From: Vicugna vicugna
Taxonomy: Eukaryota
Reading direction: 5' to 3'
NCBI GenBank assembly: GCA_013265495.1
Contig: MU063048.1
Coordinates: forward strand, 4,092,001 to 4,156,000
Length of the DNA: 64,000 nt
Shown here: positions 11,542 through 24,700 of the stretch, one piece after another
Layout of the letters: the number at the start of each line of letters is the position of its first letter
Numbering within the stretch: position 1 is the first letter of the stretch
The notes under the pieces: model-generated
Seen by the model: only the letters and a program-made list of their open reading frames with translations
The model's database searches: none
Told to the model about the DNA's origin: nothing
Translations under genes and position numbers: made by a program

Positions 11542-14500
11542 ATTTAAGTTTCCCAAAACAAGGTGACCTCAGCCTTCAGCTCTACGTTTGGAACAACATC
11601 AAAAAGAAATGTAGAAATAGTATAAAATGAAAGTACACACAGATTGTTTTTCTTCCCAGAATTGCCACACCAAAATGTCTGTAAAGTTTGGTGCATTTCC
11701 CAGGGCAGCCTGCGCTTCGAGGCCGCGGTGTGGTGACGCGGAAAGGACGTGGCCTTTGAGGAGGGCCTGTTCGCAGCTGGTGCAGGTTGTGTGGCGTTAG
11801 CACAGGCTGCGTCTGACTCACTTCTTCTGCCGTCAAACAGGAGGGTGCAGCCCATGTGGACGCCCCGCGAGGGTGGGGCGGGTGGGGCGTGCGGCCGGGG
11901 CCTGGCCTGTGGTGGGGTCCCCAGGGCGGGCTCTGTCTTCGTTGGGCCGACCCAGGGAAGGGGTACTGGAGTCTGTGACCTGGGCCAGGTGGCCCCCAGA
12001 CGGTCCATGCTGTCGCCTCCTCGGCTGCTGGGCTGACGACCTCGCGGACCTCGACGACGGAGTTAGTCTTGCCCCTTCTGTTGGGTTGTCCTAGTTACCA
12101 GGCTCCGGGGCGGGAGGCTGGCGCGAGCGCCCTGGGGATTCGGTTCGGTGCCGCCTGTGACCTGAAGCCTGAGCTGGAGCCAGAGGGCCATGTGCCTCCT
12201 GGGAGGCGCCCTCCCCGCTGGAGGGTGAGCGTCGAGGCCCCGAGGCCCCCAGCGCCGGGCAGGTGTCGTGCTCTGTGACCGCAGGAACACCTTAGGTTTC
12301 AGTGGGAATCTCCGTATTTCAACAACATTTGTTTAAAGAAAGGCAGCCGCTACCCCATGACTTTCCAAACGCAGAAGGAATTGAGAAACGGTGCTCACTC
12401 AGCGCCGCCGTGGCAGCGTCCCCTTGGGCGGGGCGCGCTGCCGGGTCCGGGTCGTGCCGGGTCCGTGCAGGGCAGTGGCAGAGCCCGCTGCACTCCCAGC
12501 AGAACGCTGCCCTGACACCCCACGCCTCCCCTCCCCGTTTTCTTTTCGCCATAAAGACAGAAAAGAACAAACATTCAGTTCCGAAACATGAAGAAAAAAT
12601 ACCCAGCGTGTAGACCATCGATCGGTCACATTTTCGAAGACGCGGCACAGCTCTCTGTAGACCAGTCCTGGAGAACAGTATTCTGACTCACACACAACGC
12701 AGGCCCTCGGGGGCCATTCCTGTCCCCTCACGTCAGGGCGGCGGGGGTGCATTTGACAGGGTGCTGCCTCTTCCCACCCGCAGAGTCCTGGGCGGGGCGT
12801 CAGGCTGGTCACTGAGTTGCCATCCACGTGCAGGCTGCAGACATGATGTGTCTGGGGTCTGGCAAACACTAGCTCAAGGGGGCTCCGGGGCAAGTGGGGT
12901 CAGGCCCTTCGCGGCCGGCGTGGCGCCGTGCTGACGGACGCGCTGATCTGCAGGCCGCGGTGCTGGGCGTGTAGCAGGTGGCAGCAGAGCGTCAGATTGT
13001 GACACGCGAGTACAGGTTTTCCACAGAATGAAAGGGAAGGCCACCTTCTCTAACAGACAAAGGCACCCTTTGGGCCGGAGCCGCACAGGGAGTGGCAGTG
13101 GCTGTGTTAGTGAGCGCTGACATGGTCCCGGCCCTTGTGTGGGTGGAGGTGAGGCCATCATGGGCTGGAGGGAGGTGGAAGCACCGAGACGGCCCTGGGC
13201 CTTCCCATAAAGCCCCCACCCCGCGGAGGCGTTTGCCGACCGGGGGAGGGGGGGTCTCTACCTCTTCTCGTGAAGGTTTGGGTCCCTGAGTTGTTTCATT
13301 TATTCTCATAATCATCTTAGGTGTTACGGGTTTTACTTAAAGGATTGTCTCTAGAAGACTTGCCTTTGGAAGGAGCCAGAGACAAGGGGCCGTGGAGTGC
13401 CCTCAGCTTCGGCGTGGAAAGCCCCCGTCCCCTGTCCCTGCCGCCAGGAACGGGTGGCTGCTTGCCGGGCCCCCAGGGAATCCCCCCGTAGTGAGTCGTG
13501 GCCCTGCCTCTGACTGGCTGCTCCCCCTCAGCTCCCTGAAGCTCAGGTTCCCTCCTGCCGTCAGAGGTCATCCAAGGTCTTCGCTCTTACACGTGGTCCG
13601 GTCACAGTGGCTGGCAGTCACTGGACAGCTGCAGTGACCAGTGAAAATCTACTCTCCGTAAGGAAACCTGTGGAAACCATTCCTTCCTGAGTTTGGGTCA
13701 AGTCACTTCCAGCTGCCGTGAGATCCCGTGCGTCTCTGAACCAGGACTGCTGCACACTTGTTTCCAGCGTGAACCTCAGCCTGAAACGTCCTTCTAGATT
13801 TCTGGGGAGACAGACGGACAGAGTGTGTGTGTGTCTACGTCCGTGTTGGTCTGTGTCTGCACACTGACGCGCGGTCGTCGCTGGGGGCTGCTGACGGGCC
13901 CTGATCCACTTCAATGGCCTAGTGAGAGATTGCGTCATGCTTTGTTTTGCAAAATATGAAAACTGTCTGCAGCTGGGAAGCAATGGCCCTCATCATTCTT
14001 GTGGGACCTGCTCCTCATCTCGCGCCAGCTCTTGACTCTGCGTGTCCCCCCTGTGTGCAGAAGGCCCTCGGGGAGATGCTGCAACCAAGATGCTCTTTCC
14101 GCCGGAGGGGGAGGCTCAGCCCTGCGACGCGGGGCTGCTGAGGCACCAGTGAGCTGAGACCGTCTGCGTCCCACGGCAGACACTGTCCTGTCCTTCATTC
14201 CACGCGGGCGAACAGGGCAGCTGAGGGGACACGCGGGAGGTTCCGTTCTTAGGGCTTTGAATCGTGTGTTTTTGAGGCCTTGCCTCCGACACGCTCAGTG
14301 CTCTTTGGGGATTTTGCAAGAAACGACAATGGCCATGGCCTTCCTTCAGGTTCCCTTGTGTTCTGTGTTACACTGGTGTTGACGCTGAGCGGCTGTAGGC
14401 GTTTCTGTGCTTCCAGCTGAAGCCGGTGCTCAAAGACTCCGTCTAGTTCCTGGTTTTCAAAAATGTGTCTTGTACAGCGGTCTGAGCCTTTGCCCTAATA

Positions 14501-17500
14501 ATAGATATTTGGGCTCTAAGATAAAGACCAACTCTGAATGGACCTGATGTTTCTTGGGAACAAGCTGCACTTCTTCGTGTTGAAATCCTCTGAATCCACT
14601 CCCAGGAGACTAAGGTCCTGATATTAACTCATTCTTGGAATGAGATGGGACTTCCTCGACAGAGTTTATTTCCCACATTCCCGCAAGAAGAATCGAGCCC
14701 TCCAGTTCACAGTTCGCCATCGCTGGTTGAGAACTGGGCCCCGTCCACGGGAGCTGTCCAAGCTGCTGACCACGAGTTCTGAGTCGACCGCTGACCCATT
14801 CCAGGGTGAGCTGCTCGGTCCCCGTGCCAGGGCTGCGAAGATGTCACGGCAGGTGTGCTCGGACGTCCCTCTGCTGTCGCGCACCTGCCAGGTGCTGGTC
14901 CTCTGTCGCCACTTGCTGTGGTCCGGAGGTGCCCAGAGCCCTTGGCTGAGGTGGTTTAGCACAGGTGAGCATTGGATGCCACCCTCCCCGACCCTGCAGA
15001 GCCCTGAACACTCGGAGCCACGGACAGACAGGCCTCCCGCCACCACGGCATTCAAGGAACGGAGTCGGGTCTGAGGAACTGTTACTTCACTTGATGCCAC
15101 CGCTTACCAGGAGCCACTGTAACTGTTGAGAGTCCTCGGTTAACCCGGATAACTTAGCTGCTTCCCTCAAACAGTGCACGTGTCCTGAAGCTAACAGAGT
15201 GGACCCTCGGTGCTTCCAGACTGCCCTGAACACACGAAGTGTCGAGTCCTGGCTCTCCTTTTCCCCTTGAACTTCCCCTGCGTCCCGCGCACCGCCCGGG
15301 CAGAGCCAAGGTCGTGCCCGGCCTTTGCCTTAACCTGCTGCGTGAGCCCAAGGTTTGCAGTTAGGGGTTTCGATCACTGCCGTTCCTAAAGAAAGACGAT
15401 GCCACTTTCTGGTAATAGTCCCAGCTAGGGCTGACCCAGGCTCCCTGTGCGACCCTGTCCCTCGTATTTGCTCTGAAACATGCACCCTGGCTGAATCCCG
15501 AGGACAGCAAATGGGAGCGTGGAGGCAGTGCTGTCAGTAAAACCCTTCCCCAAACTGGTTGTTGACCAGCTACCACCAGCAGAGGCGTTTAGAAGAAATA
15601 AAGAATATTTCTTTTCATTTCTAGCTTTCTCTTTGGGAGCGTAGGAGACCTGGACCAGCTCCTCCCCGTCAGCCTTTCCCCACAGCCACCAGCCTGCTGT
15701 CCAGGTCCGCAGGGACTCAGGCCGGTGACAGGGCATCCTTCAGGGCTGTCAGTCTAGACCACCTGGCACCAGACGGGTGCCCCTGTTCCCTGACTCTGCT
15801 CGAGCCGCTTTCTTTCAGGAGCTAAGTGTAATCTGTGAAGAGTCTAGCTGCCCCGGGGGCAGCCCCGGCGCAGGGCCCTGGGAGTCTCCCAAGGCCCCGT
15901 CCGTGTCTGAGAGGTCGCCTCGCAGATTCAGAAGGTCAGCTTGGACGCCTTTTCTTTCAGGGAAGTCACAGACATCAGCATCGCTCCGCACACACCGCAG
16001 GAGCATCCCCATCCAGGCTGAGGGATGCAGTTTGCTTTCCCCTCAGTGTGGTCCTTCCTGCCCCGCCCTCGTGGGTAAAACAGCGCACTGGGTTTGACGG
16101 TGGTCTTCGGCACACTGCCTTCCCCCCTTTTTCCTCGCTGCAGTGACTGAAAGTAACGCGAGATCCTGGAGATGCCCGGGGGCCGTGTGCACCTGGCGCC
16201 CCTCCTCGGGTCCACGAGACCCACCTCGGGAAGTCACGGGCGTCCGGGTCGGGCTGCTCTTGGCCTCGTCTGTCTTCCTTTCCTGTGGCTCTCAAGCTGC
16301 TCTTGAGGCTGACCGCCTCCTTGTTAGGCGATCACACTTCCCAGGTCGCTCTTCTTTGCCCTTTGGAATGTGTACGGTATTAGTGTGTTGTGAGGGACCG
16401 GCAGTTGCTGTAACAGACACGCCCCCCCCAGCCGGACGCACCAGAGGGGACGGAGCGGTCAGCCCTCCTTTGAGCCACTTCTGCGCCGGCCGCTGAGTGA
16501 CTCCCGCAAGCCAGTTAGCGTCTCCCACCCAGGGTGCTCTCGTGGGGAAGGGGAGCCGTACGCCTGCTGGTTGAGCTCAGAGTCGTGTGCGCCTCGGGAG
16601 GCATTTGTGAGCGTGTGCCCCGAGCAGGCGGGCCGGGTCGCCGCGGGGCATGTGCCCCTGGTTTCCTCAGTGGAGGGCATCCTCGTGCAGATGCATGGTG
16701 GTCGCCGTCTCACTGACCTGCTCCGTGGGCCAGCCGCTCTTCCACACGCTGCCGCTCGTTTCCTCGTGTCTTGCTTCAAGGCTTGCAGGAGAGGCATGTC
16801 GCCCTTACGCGACAGTTGAAGCGACTTGCCCAGGGCCCTGGACACTGAGCGGCAGAGCTGGGCTGCCGGCCAGGGTCTGTCCGGGCCCCGGCTTTCCTCG
16901 CCGTCTCTCTGCGTCCTAACCTGGTGGGGGAGAGGAGCCGGCCTCCGTGGGACGCGGATGACACCGGTTCGTGGTTCATCTGGCTGCCTCGCAGCTGACC
17001 GGCCCCAGAGTCGTCGCATTTTCAGGCTGAGATATCTTTGCTCCAAAAGAACAGAGTGTCTGAGGGCCGGGCGGGCAGGGGACTTGGCACATGAGGCATA
17101 GAAGTGAGTGAGTTTCAGCGTGACCGTGTCTGAGACCTTTTATTGATGATGCCTGTTTAATTTCAGTTGATTTTATTCATGTATCTTGTGTGACCCTCGT
17201 AAAGAATGTGTTAAGTCAGAGCCCTGGGCTTCAAGCTGTAGCAAACACATCTTTGTTCGTTACCTTGACAGCTTTATTTTTAAAGGATCATCATTTTAGA
17301 ACTTTCATAACAGTTGACGGGAAGCTTTTGGTAAACGCCGAGAAGAGCACGGCGACGCTGCCGCTCGGGTCTGCCTCCCACGTCTCCTTCCCGCAGCGAT
17401 TCTTGCTTCCTGCCCGCTGGTCGGCTCTCAGAACGGGAAGGCAAGCTTGACTTCATACACCCGACAGCTAACGTTTGTACGGTGGTTTGCCGGACAAAGA

Positions 17501-20500
17501 AAGCACTGTTCACGCCCGCTGTCTCGCTCCCAGGGCTGGGGTCACCGTCAGGGGCTTGGGACCAGACGGGGAGGCTGCCGGCCTCAGGGCGCCCCAGCTG
17601 CGCCGACAGGCCCACCCCCGTCTGCTCCACTTCAGCGCGGATTCTCCCCCTCCGCGCCCCACCCAGCCTCGCGTCCTGCCCCCAGCTTGGCCTTCAGTGA
17701 CTGTGACCCAGACAGAGGCGCGAGCGGCGAGGGGAACCGTGTGCTGTCCCAGTGGGTCAGGGATCTCTCACCTCTCAGCCAAAGGGAGCCTTCGAGGGAC
17801 GTCTGCGACTCTCGTAAACCCCGCCGACGTGTGCCCTGTGCAGGCCCCCGCGCGTGTCTCCCGTGAGGAAGGCACCCTCCCGACTGCACCAGCTCCGCAG
17901 AGGGCTTCGTGACCCAGCAGAGGCAACGGTCACCGCCGCAAGAAATTAAGCCCCGAGTATCCGGAGGGTTCACTTAGCATTCGTAAGAGACCAGATCATC
18001 AGAAAGCTGGATTTAATAGCCTCCGTGTTACCTAAAGGCTGCTGAGATGTCACGTCTGAGCAGATGGAGTTTCGTTTGTCAGAGCTTAAACCTCATGAGG
18101 CTGACGGCTGGGTTTCAGTCTTCCCGTCGGCCGGTCAGCGCTCCGTCCTGGAGCCGCGGGGGTCACTGAGCCCCACCTGCCATCTTGGAAATGCCCGTGG
18201 TGGGTCCAAGGAAAGGCTGAAGTTGGGGCGACCCCATCAGCCCAGCCCTGGGTTCCTGTGCTGTTGGTCTGCTCATAGCCTCAGTCTGAGCACAGCTCAC
18301 ACTTCACAGGCTCCAGTGTTTTACTTCCCCAGCTCTGAGAGAGTGTTTCAACCCGCCTTTTGACATTCAGGAGTTTTGTTTCCTCGCCAACGGCACTGCA
18401 GGCCTCCCGCTCGCGGGCCCCGTCCGTCTCCCTGAAAACCGCATGCAGGCCGTGGGAGATCGTGTCCTGCTGGCGCCTGTCGGCACTGTGAGGTCACTGG
18501 GGGCGCGTCACACAGAACCACCGGGTCAGCGCAGGGCTTTTCTAGGACCTAATCACATCGGTAGGCAACCTGATGTAAAGTGTAAAATTCTAGCACATAA
18601 TCCTCATCGCTGAGCACGTGGCTGTAACAGCAGACGTAGTGGAATCCAGGGAAGCCGCCGTTCCTCCTCCGGGGCATAGTGCTCTGCACCTCCTGTCTCC
18701 TCCAGTAAATCAGGGCACAGCACGCGGAACGCAAAGGGAAAAATGTCTAAAGGTGCACAGAAACGCTTAAAAGTGCCCAGCTTAACTTCCAGTCTGCAAA
18801 ATGTCGGTGGATGAGTAACAGTGTATGACAGCTATGAAGAGCCAGCGTCACAGATCGCAAATATCCTAAAGAAACAAAAGATTTTTTAAATCAAAGCAAA
18901 CACTGCACGTTGTGGTTTAGGAGCTGATGAGAAACCCTTATTCATCAAGCAGTTGGTCAGCATTGCCCTTCTTTGGCTGAAGCAGGAGGGCGCCAGCGAG
19001 AGCCGCGAGGCTGAATCCTTCCACGTCTCATTGGTCACTTTTGTAGCCGGGCTACTTCCACACCTTTGTTAGAGCTCGCCTTCCAATTAAAGTGCTAGGA
19101 GCAAGGGACGAAACGGCATCCTTGCACTCTTTGCCCACATCTCAGTAGTTACACCGTCGTCCTCAACGTTTACCGCGTGTTCTGTCCAGTACCTGCAGCT
19201 ACACGACAGCGCGTCCCTGCGACACCGCCTGCCCTGCCGAGCGGACACCAGGCGTTCCCGTGTTTACGCACACACATGTGGTGGATGACTCGCGGTACCT
19301 GGTAAAGTTTCCTGTTTCCCAATTTGGGAGATATTTAAAGGCTGAGGTACTGAAATGTTTAGTTTTGACCTCAGGATCTTACTGCTTCATATAGTAACAC
19401 GTAAACAGGCTGAATACTTATTTTCAACAGCGCTACACCCACTTTTTACCTCCGCGGTGGGGCTGGGGCCTGGTCAGCCGAGGCCAAGAAGGACACTTGG
19501 CGTGGCCGCGCTGTCGTCAGTGAACTCTGTCCCCGAGCATGGACGCTGGACGTCTCTACAGCAGCTGAGAGCCGGGATTAACTCGGATCATCTCGACTTC
19601 TGCTTTTAATGAAATTCTCTCCCTTGTGTTTTCATGTTTGGAGGAGAGTCCGGAGTTACTCCTGCTAATTTAGCCAGGCCATGCCCTGGGGGCTGTCACA
19701 GGCTTCCATGACCTCTCCGGAGAGAGACGGGTGCATTAGACATTCCTGAGAAACTGGAGACCAGCAGCCCCCGGAGAGTTTGCAGAGAAACTCGCCCCGG
19801 ACTCACCGCCAGATGCTCAGGTCGCCTTTCAGCACTTGTCTGACGTATCTCTCAGCCCGTCTGGCTCCTCGCAGGGGTCAGTCTGGGGACTGGGAGAGGC
19901 GGCCACTCTGAGACGTTCAGGGAGGCCGAGGACAGCCCTCCGTCCCTGTGCGGTTGTCTGCAGTGCGTGCAGGGAGGTGGGAAGAGCCTGGGGAACTGCG
20001 CTGGATTTTGCTTGGCCTTTTTAACTTTTTCTGAACTCCAGATCTACTTTAGATGAACTGGCATTTTCATTCCACAAATAATGATTCCCTGACTTTGACG
20101 ACTGAAATACAAGGGTGGTGGTGGTTCTTAACCAGGAGCTCTGTGACTAATTGTTCTGGGTTGGTATTAGCTGCTTTACAAAGGGTGTCTTCTCTTGTGT
20201 ATTCAATGACATTTGGGGCCAGTGCCGGTGGGGGGCTGGTACTGTAAAATGCTTCTGGTTTGAAAAGTCTATTCTCTTTGTGGTTTGCATTTCCTATCTC
20301 AAGAATTTCAGAAAAAGTGGGAAGCGAGTGTCTTCTTAAATGTGGCAGCTATGCTGTGAACAAACCAAGAAGCTGCACTTCCTGGCTCATCCGTTTTGCT
20401 TGCTCGTGACCTGAGTGGAGCTCAGCGCGCCCTGCGGTGGTGGCGTGCGGAGAAGGGCGCAAGGGTCTTGCTCAGGTTTGTGCTCAAGTCGTCTCACGAG

Positions 20501-21649
20501 CTGGACCACTGGTGTGCTTTGTTCCTAGCGCAGGCGATGTTTTATTTATTTATTTTTTTAACTAACAGTTACAATTTGAGAGTTTTTGAAAACATAATCC
20601 TCAGTTTTTAGCATTTCGGATGTACAGTTTCTCTTACATAACATAGCAGAAGAGCCAGAGAGACTGGTTCCACGTCCCCGAACAGGAGCTGCCCCTCCGG
20701 CCAGGGGGAGGTCCTGCAGGCCACCCGGGCGAACCCAGCCGGCGCTCCTGAAGGTACTGGCATCGCCAGCCTGCCTGGGACCCTCCCTCCACTGCTGTGT
20801 TAAAAGAGAGAAATCACCTTTCAAAGTAAAGTGCTTTGTTCACTGGAAAGTCACTCCTAGTTTGGGGATAAAAGCAGACATAATATTACAGTCATCTCTC
20901 CGCTGACTCACAGTATGGTTCTCAGATGCCTTACGTCCTGCGTGGAGACCCAGGAAGGCGGCTGTCCTGGAAGGCGAGCGTGGGCCCTGTGCCAGGCCCG
21001 TCTCTGGAGCATCGCGTTGGGCCCCCGTGTCCTTGTCTGCAAGGCCCCGTGACCTTCTCCTGCTCAGTTTGCAGTGATTTGCTTCACGTCAGCTTGGGTT
21101 TCCCATCTTATCTCGTTTCTGTCAAAAATGTGACCATAGAGTCGGACTTGCTGATGCTCTCAGAGAGGATGTAACCCAATCTTCAAGTTCTGTGCAGAGA
21201 TCCCTCCCAGCGGTCACCCCCACTGCACCGCCATCGTTTTCACGAGGTGCCGCGGGTCTGTGCGGGTGGCCGGTTGGGCCCCCGCCGTGGAGGGTGTCTG
21301 CCCCGACATCCGGAGCAGAGCCTTTAACCAGGGACCCAGGGATGCTGCAGAGACCCCTTGGTGTCAGGCTGCAAAGTGGGAAGGAGGGGGCTCCCGTGCT
21401 GAGCCTTGGGCACCCTGCTGGGGCCGCTCACGCTCTGCCTCCTAAACCAGCGTGTGTCCAGAGGGTGCGGGGCCGCGGGCCTTCCCCTTGCCGGGGGTGT
21501 CTTGGGCGCTGGAGAGAATCTGGCACAGGGCATGTTTTCATGGGACTGCTGGTCACACTCGGCCTCTGCCATTGCATTTAGACGGGGTGGACCGGGTGGA
21601 AACCGGCAGGGTGGTCAGGAAATCTGCCTTCTGTTCCCCGTTCTGCCAA

Positions 21650-21760
21650 CGCGTGACCTTTTGAAGGTCGCCTCCCATCCAGCACGTCTCAGTTTCTCCA
21701 TCTGTAAAACAAGATGATGAAATCCACATTCTTCTCGGGAGACGTGTTAGGGAAGTCCTT
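21650..21760 (+). mobile_element. MIR fragment
   Basis: gtgacctt...ctcagtttctccatctgtaaaacaagatgatg matches the MIR core. Confidence 0.7.
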
Positions 21761-24700
21761 CCGGTGATTTTCTTCAAAACCACGGCAGGTGAGTGCTTCT
21801 CGGGGCTCTGAGCCACCCTCCGGTCACTGTCTCTCTGTCCGGGGGGGGCTTCTCAGACCACAGCCTTCCTGCTGCCTGTTGATGGGCCGTGTGCCCACTC
21901 GCCTCCTTGTTAACACAGCCCCGCTCTGGGAAGAGAGGCGGTGGACGTGGGAGCTCCTTTTGCCAAAATAAACAGTGAGGTTTGGAAACATTCAGACCAA
22001 GATAATTAGGACAATGCTGTGAACAAAAGATGGCATTAGACCTATTATTGTGCTTAATTTGGAATCCAGTTCCAAAAAGCACAATCTCCAGTTAACTGAT
22101 CCGTTTTAAAGGGTTTGGCTTGTTTTTTTGTTTTAAGATTTCATTTGTTGGAATCTTCTGATCACTCCTCAGTTCAGGCTCCACTTATGGGTTTTTCTAC
22201 TTCATTGGAAAATATTGGAAAAATATCTGTTTTTCTGTCAACACCTTGTCGACTGTTTAGGGTACAGCTTTCCACAAAGGAACACTATTAGCCCCAACTG
22301 ATGAAGGTCAGTATCCAGCAGAAATGAGCTCAGGCTCCCCCGTCTAGCACAGATTTACTCTGCTGAAATAGCAGAGACCCACGTGTGAGACAAATATATA
22401 AATCACCAGGCTTTTAATGCCCTTTCAGAACTTGACTATAACCGACACACTTCGGGCAAGGAATCAGAAATTCTTCAGGATGGAAATGTTGAAGCCACGG
22501 ATTCCGTTCTAAAGCACATTTTTGAAGGAATCAGTGGTCTGAGAAACGCTGTGTTTTCATGGCGAGTAAGACAGCAGGCCGCAGACTTGCCGTGCGCAGC
22601 TCGGTAGGACCTTCCCCAGGACCTTCTCCAGCAGTGTCATCATTTACGGTTGCAGCAGTGCTCGGTACGTCACAGCGTGCTCTCAAGGGCTGACCCAGCC
22701 GGGGCCCGTAACCTGCGAGAAAATTGCGGGTGAGTTAGTGACTTGTCTGAGGTGACCAGCCCGGCGTCTCAGGACTTCTGTCCGAGTTCTCTTCACTGCA
22801 TCGCACTGAGACCGCCCGTCTTCCTGTCCAAACACATCACCTGGGAAGCCGGACCTGAGGCAGGCCGTGACTCCCGGACCTGGGCCTCCGCGTGTTGGCG
22901 GCAGTCCCTCCCGAGGGCGCTGCATGTCAGGCCTCCCACCACAGGCTCAGCTTCAAGGAGTCGCCTCACCTTGTAGGAGGGTGCGCAGCCCATCCCAGGA
23001 AGGGCTCCTGGGCCCCTGGTGCTGCTGGAAACAGTGTCTCCTTTTTCAAACCACCCTTTTCCCTTGGCTCCTTCACCTCCATGGCAGGAGGAGCTGCATC
23101 AGACGGGGAGCGGCCGCCCCGGGTGCCGGCCCCGCTCCCTCAGACCCTCCCGACCGGCAGCCGTGCCACGAAGAGCAGGGGTCTCAGCGGGGGATGCGGT
23201 TTCACTGGTGACCAGGACATCTGTGCCCCCAGCCAGGGACCCTTTTCCTTCTTAGATGCAAACGCCCAAAATCCATCCCTTTCTCGGGGGTCCTGACCCA
23301 GCACTGAGTCACAGGCACAGCAGCTCATGCAGAGCGAGGTTCTCTCCCCTGGCAAGTCGTTCTGTGCCATCGGCTCCCTGGGGGAGGCCCGAGGCTCGGT
23401 TTCTCTTTCCGCCCCTGCTTGTCGTGGGGTCAGGGGTCACACACGGGCCAGCAGCGGTGTGAGGAGGGGGCTGGGAGCAGGGCCAGCTGTCAGCGCAGCT
23501 GCACGCCCACCCCTCACCCGCCAGGCCCTCGGCGTCTGGAAGACCGCCCCCCAGGCAGCCAGCTGAGCCCTGGGGAGATGCTGGGCTGTGGGCTCCCGGC
23601 CCTGGGAGACCCGATTTCCCGAGGGGCCCAGTCCATTGGCTCTTCAGCCCACTGCCTGGTGGTCTCACTGGACTCTGAACTGGATTTGTTCTTTCTCACT
23701 TCTGCTTATGAGGATTCAGTCTAGAAGACGCCCAGACAGCGGGGCACAGCAGGAAGGGCTCCTCACCTGCCTTCCGGTCTGGGCGGGCAGCACCCGAGCG
23801 CGACCCTCAGCTCTGCCCACAGGTCACCTTCACCACTTGCTGTTCCTCTGGGATTTCAGAAGGGACGCAGCAGAAGTGGGAGCTGCTGGCTCGGTGTCGG
23901 CTGAGCAGAAAGTGTGGCTCACGCTGGCTCACGTACAAGAGCAGTGAAAGGACACTGAATACCACTTTAAAGTGACCAGGTTCTTAAATTAATCTATGAT
24001 TTTTGGAGCAGATGTTCAGTAGCTGTTCTTAAATCAATAACATTGATTTAAAAACAAATTTACTAGCGTTACCCTGTGCCTTGCGGAGGAGGATTCAGTC
24101 CTGAGATGTTATCAGCTGGCTTTCTGATGTCCCCTTAGTAAGTGTGGGCGATGGAGACACCAGCGAGCTCTGGAGACGACGCGCTCTCTCCCAGGAGGGG
24201 CCCGTCACCAAGAACTTCTCTTTCGTAAACACCACAGCTCTCCTTCTCGGAAGGCTGGAGGCCGAGGGAGCGTGGCTCCCCTCCCCGCCAAGCCTTGCGT
24301 CACGAGCCTTCGAGATCAATAAGAACATTGTGGTGGTTATTTCATAGCTGATTAACTTACGCGTCTGCAAGCCAGCACTTGACTTGAAAGGCTGGTCTGG
24401 TTTCTCGCGGGCCTTCGCCGGCCTGTCCCGGCTCCCAGCCCTGGGACTGCCCTTCCCCGACCACAGCGGGGCCCAGCCCCGCAGTTTCGTGGTGAGTAAC
24501 TGTCAGCTGGACCCGGCGTCTGTGAAAGCACATTGTGTCTGTTCGGTCAGAACCACAACGGCAAGATCGCTGGGGAGGAAGGGCAGAGCGGAGCCGAAAG
24601 CCCAGCGACACCTGGCTGTGGACGCTCGGCCTGGAAGGGACAGAGAACGTGGTGGCCGTTTTCTTGATGACAAGGATAAATGCAGACACTGGGAGGCAGT

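Noticed and set aside
11253-11630. His/Thr- or Val/Cys-rich ORFs
   Set aside because: Translations of the (TG)/(CA) low-complexity tract.
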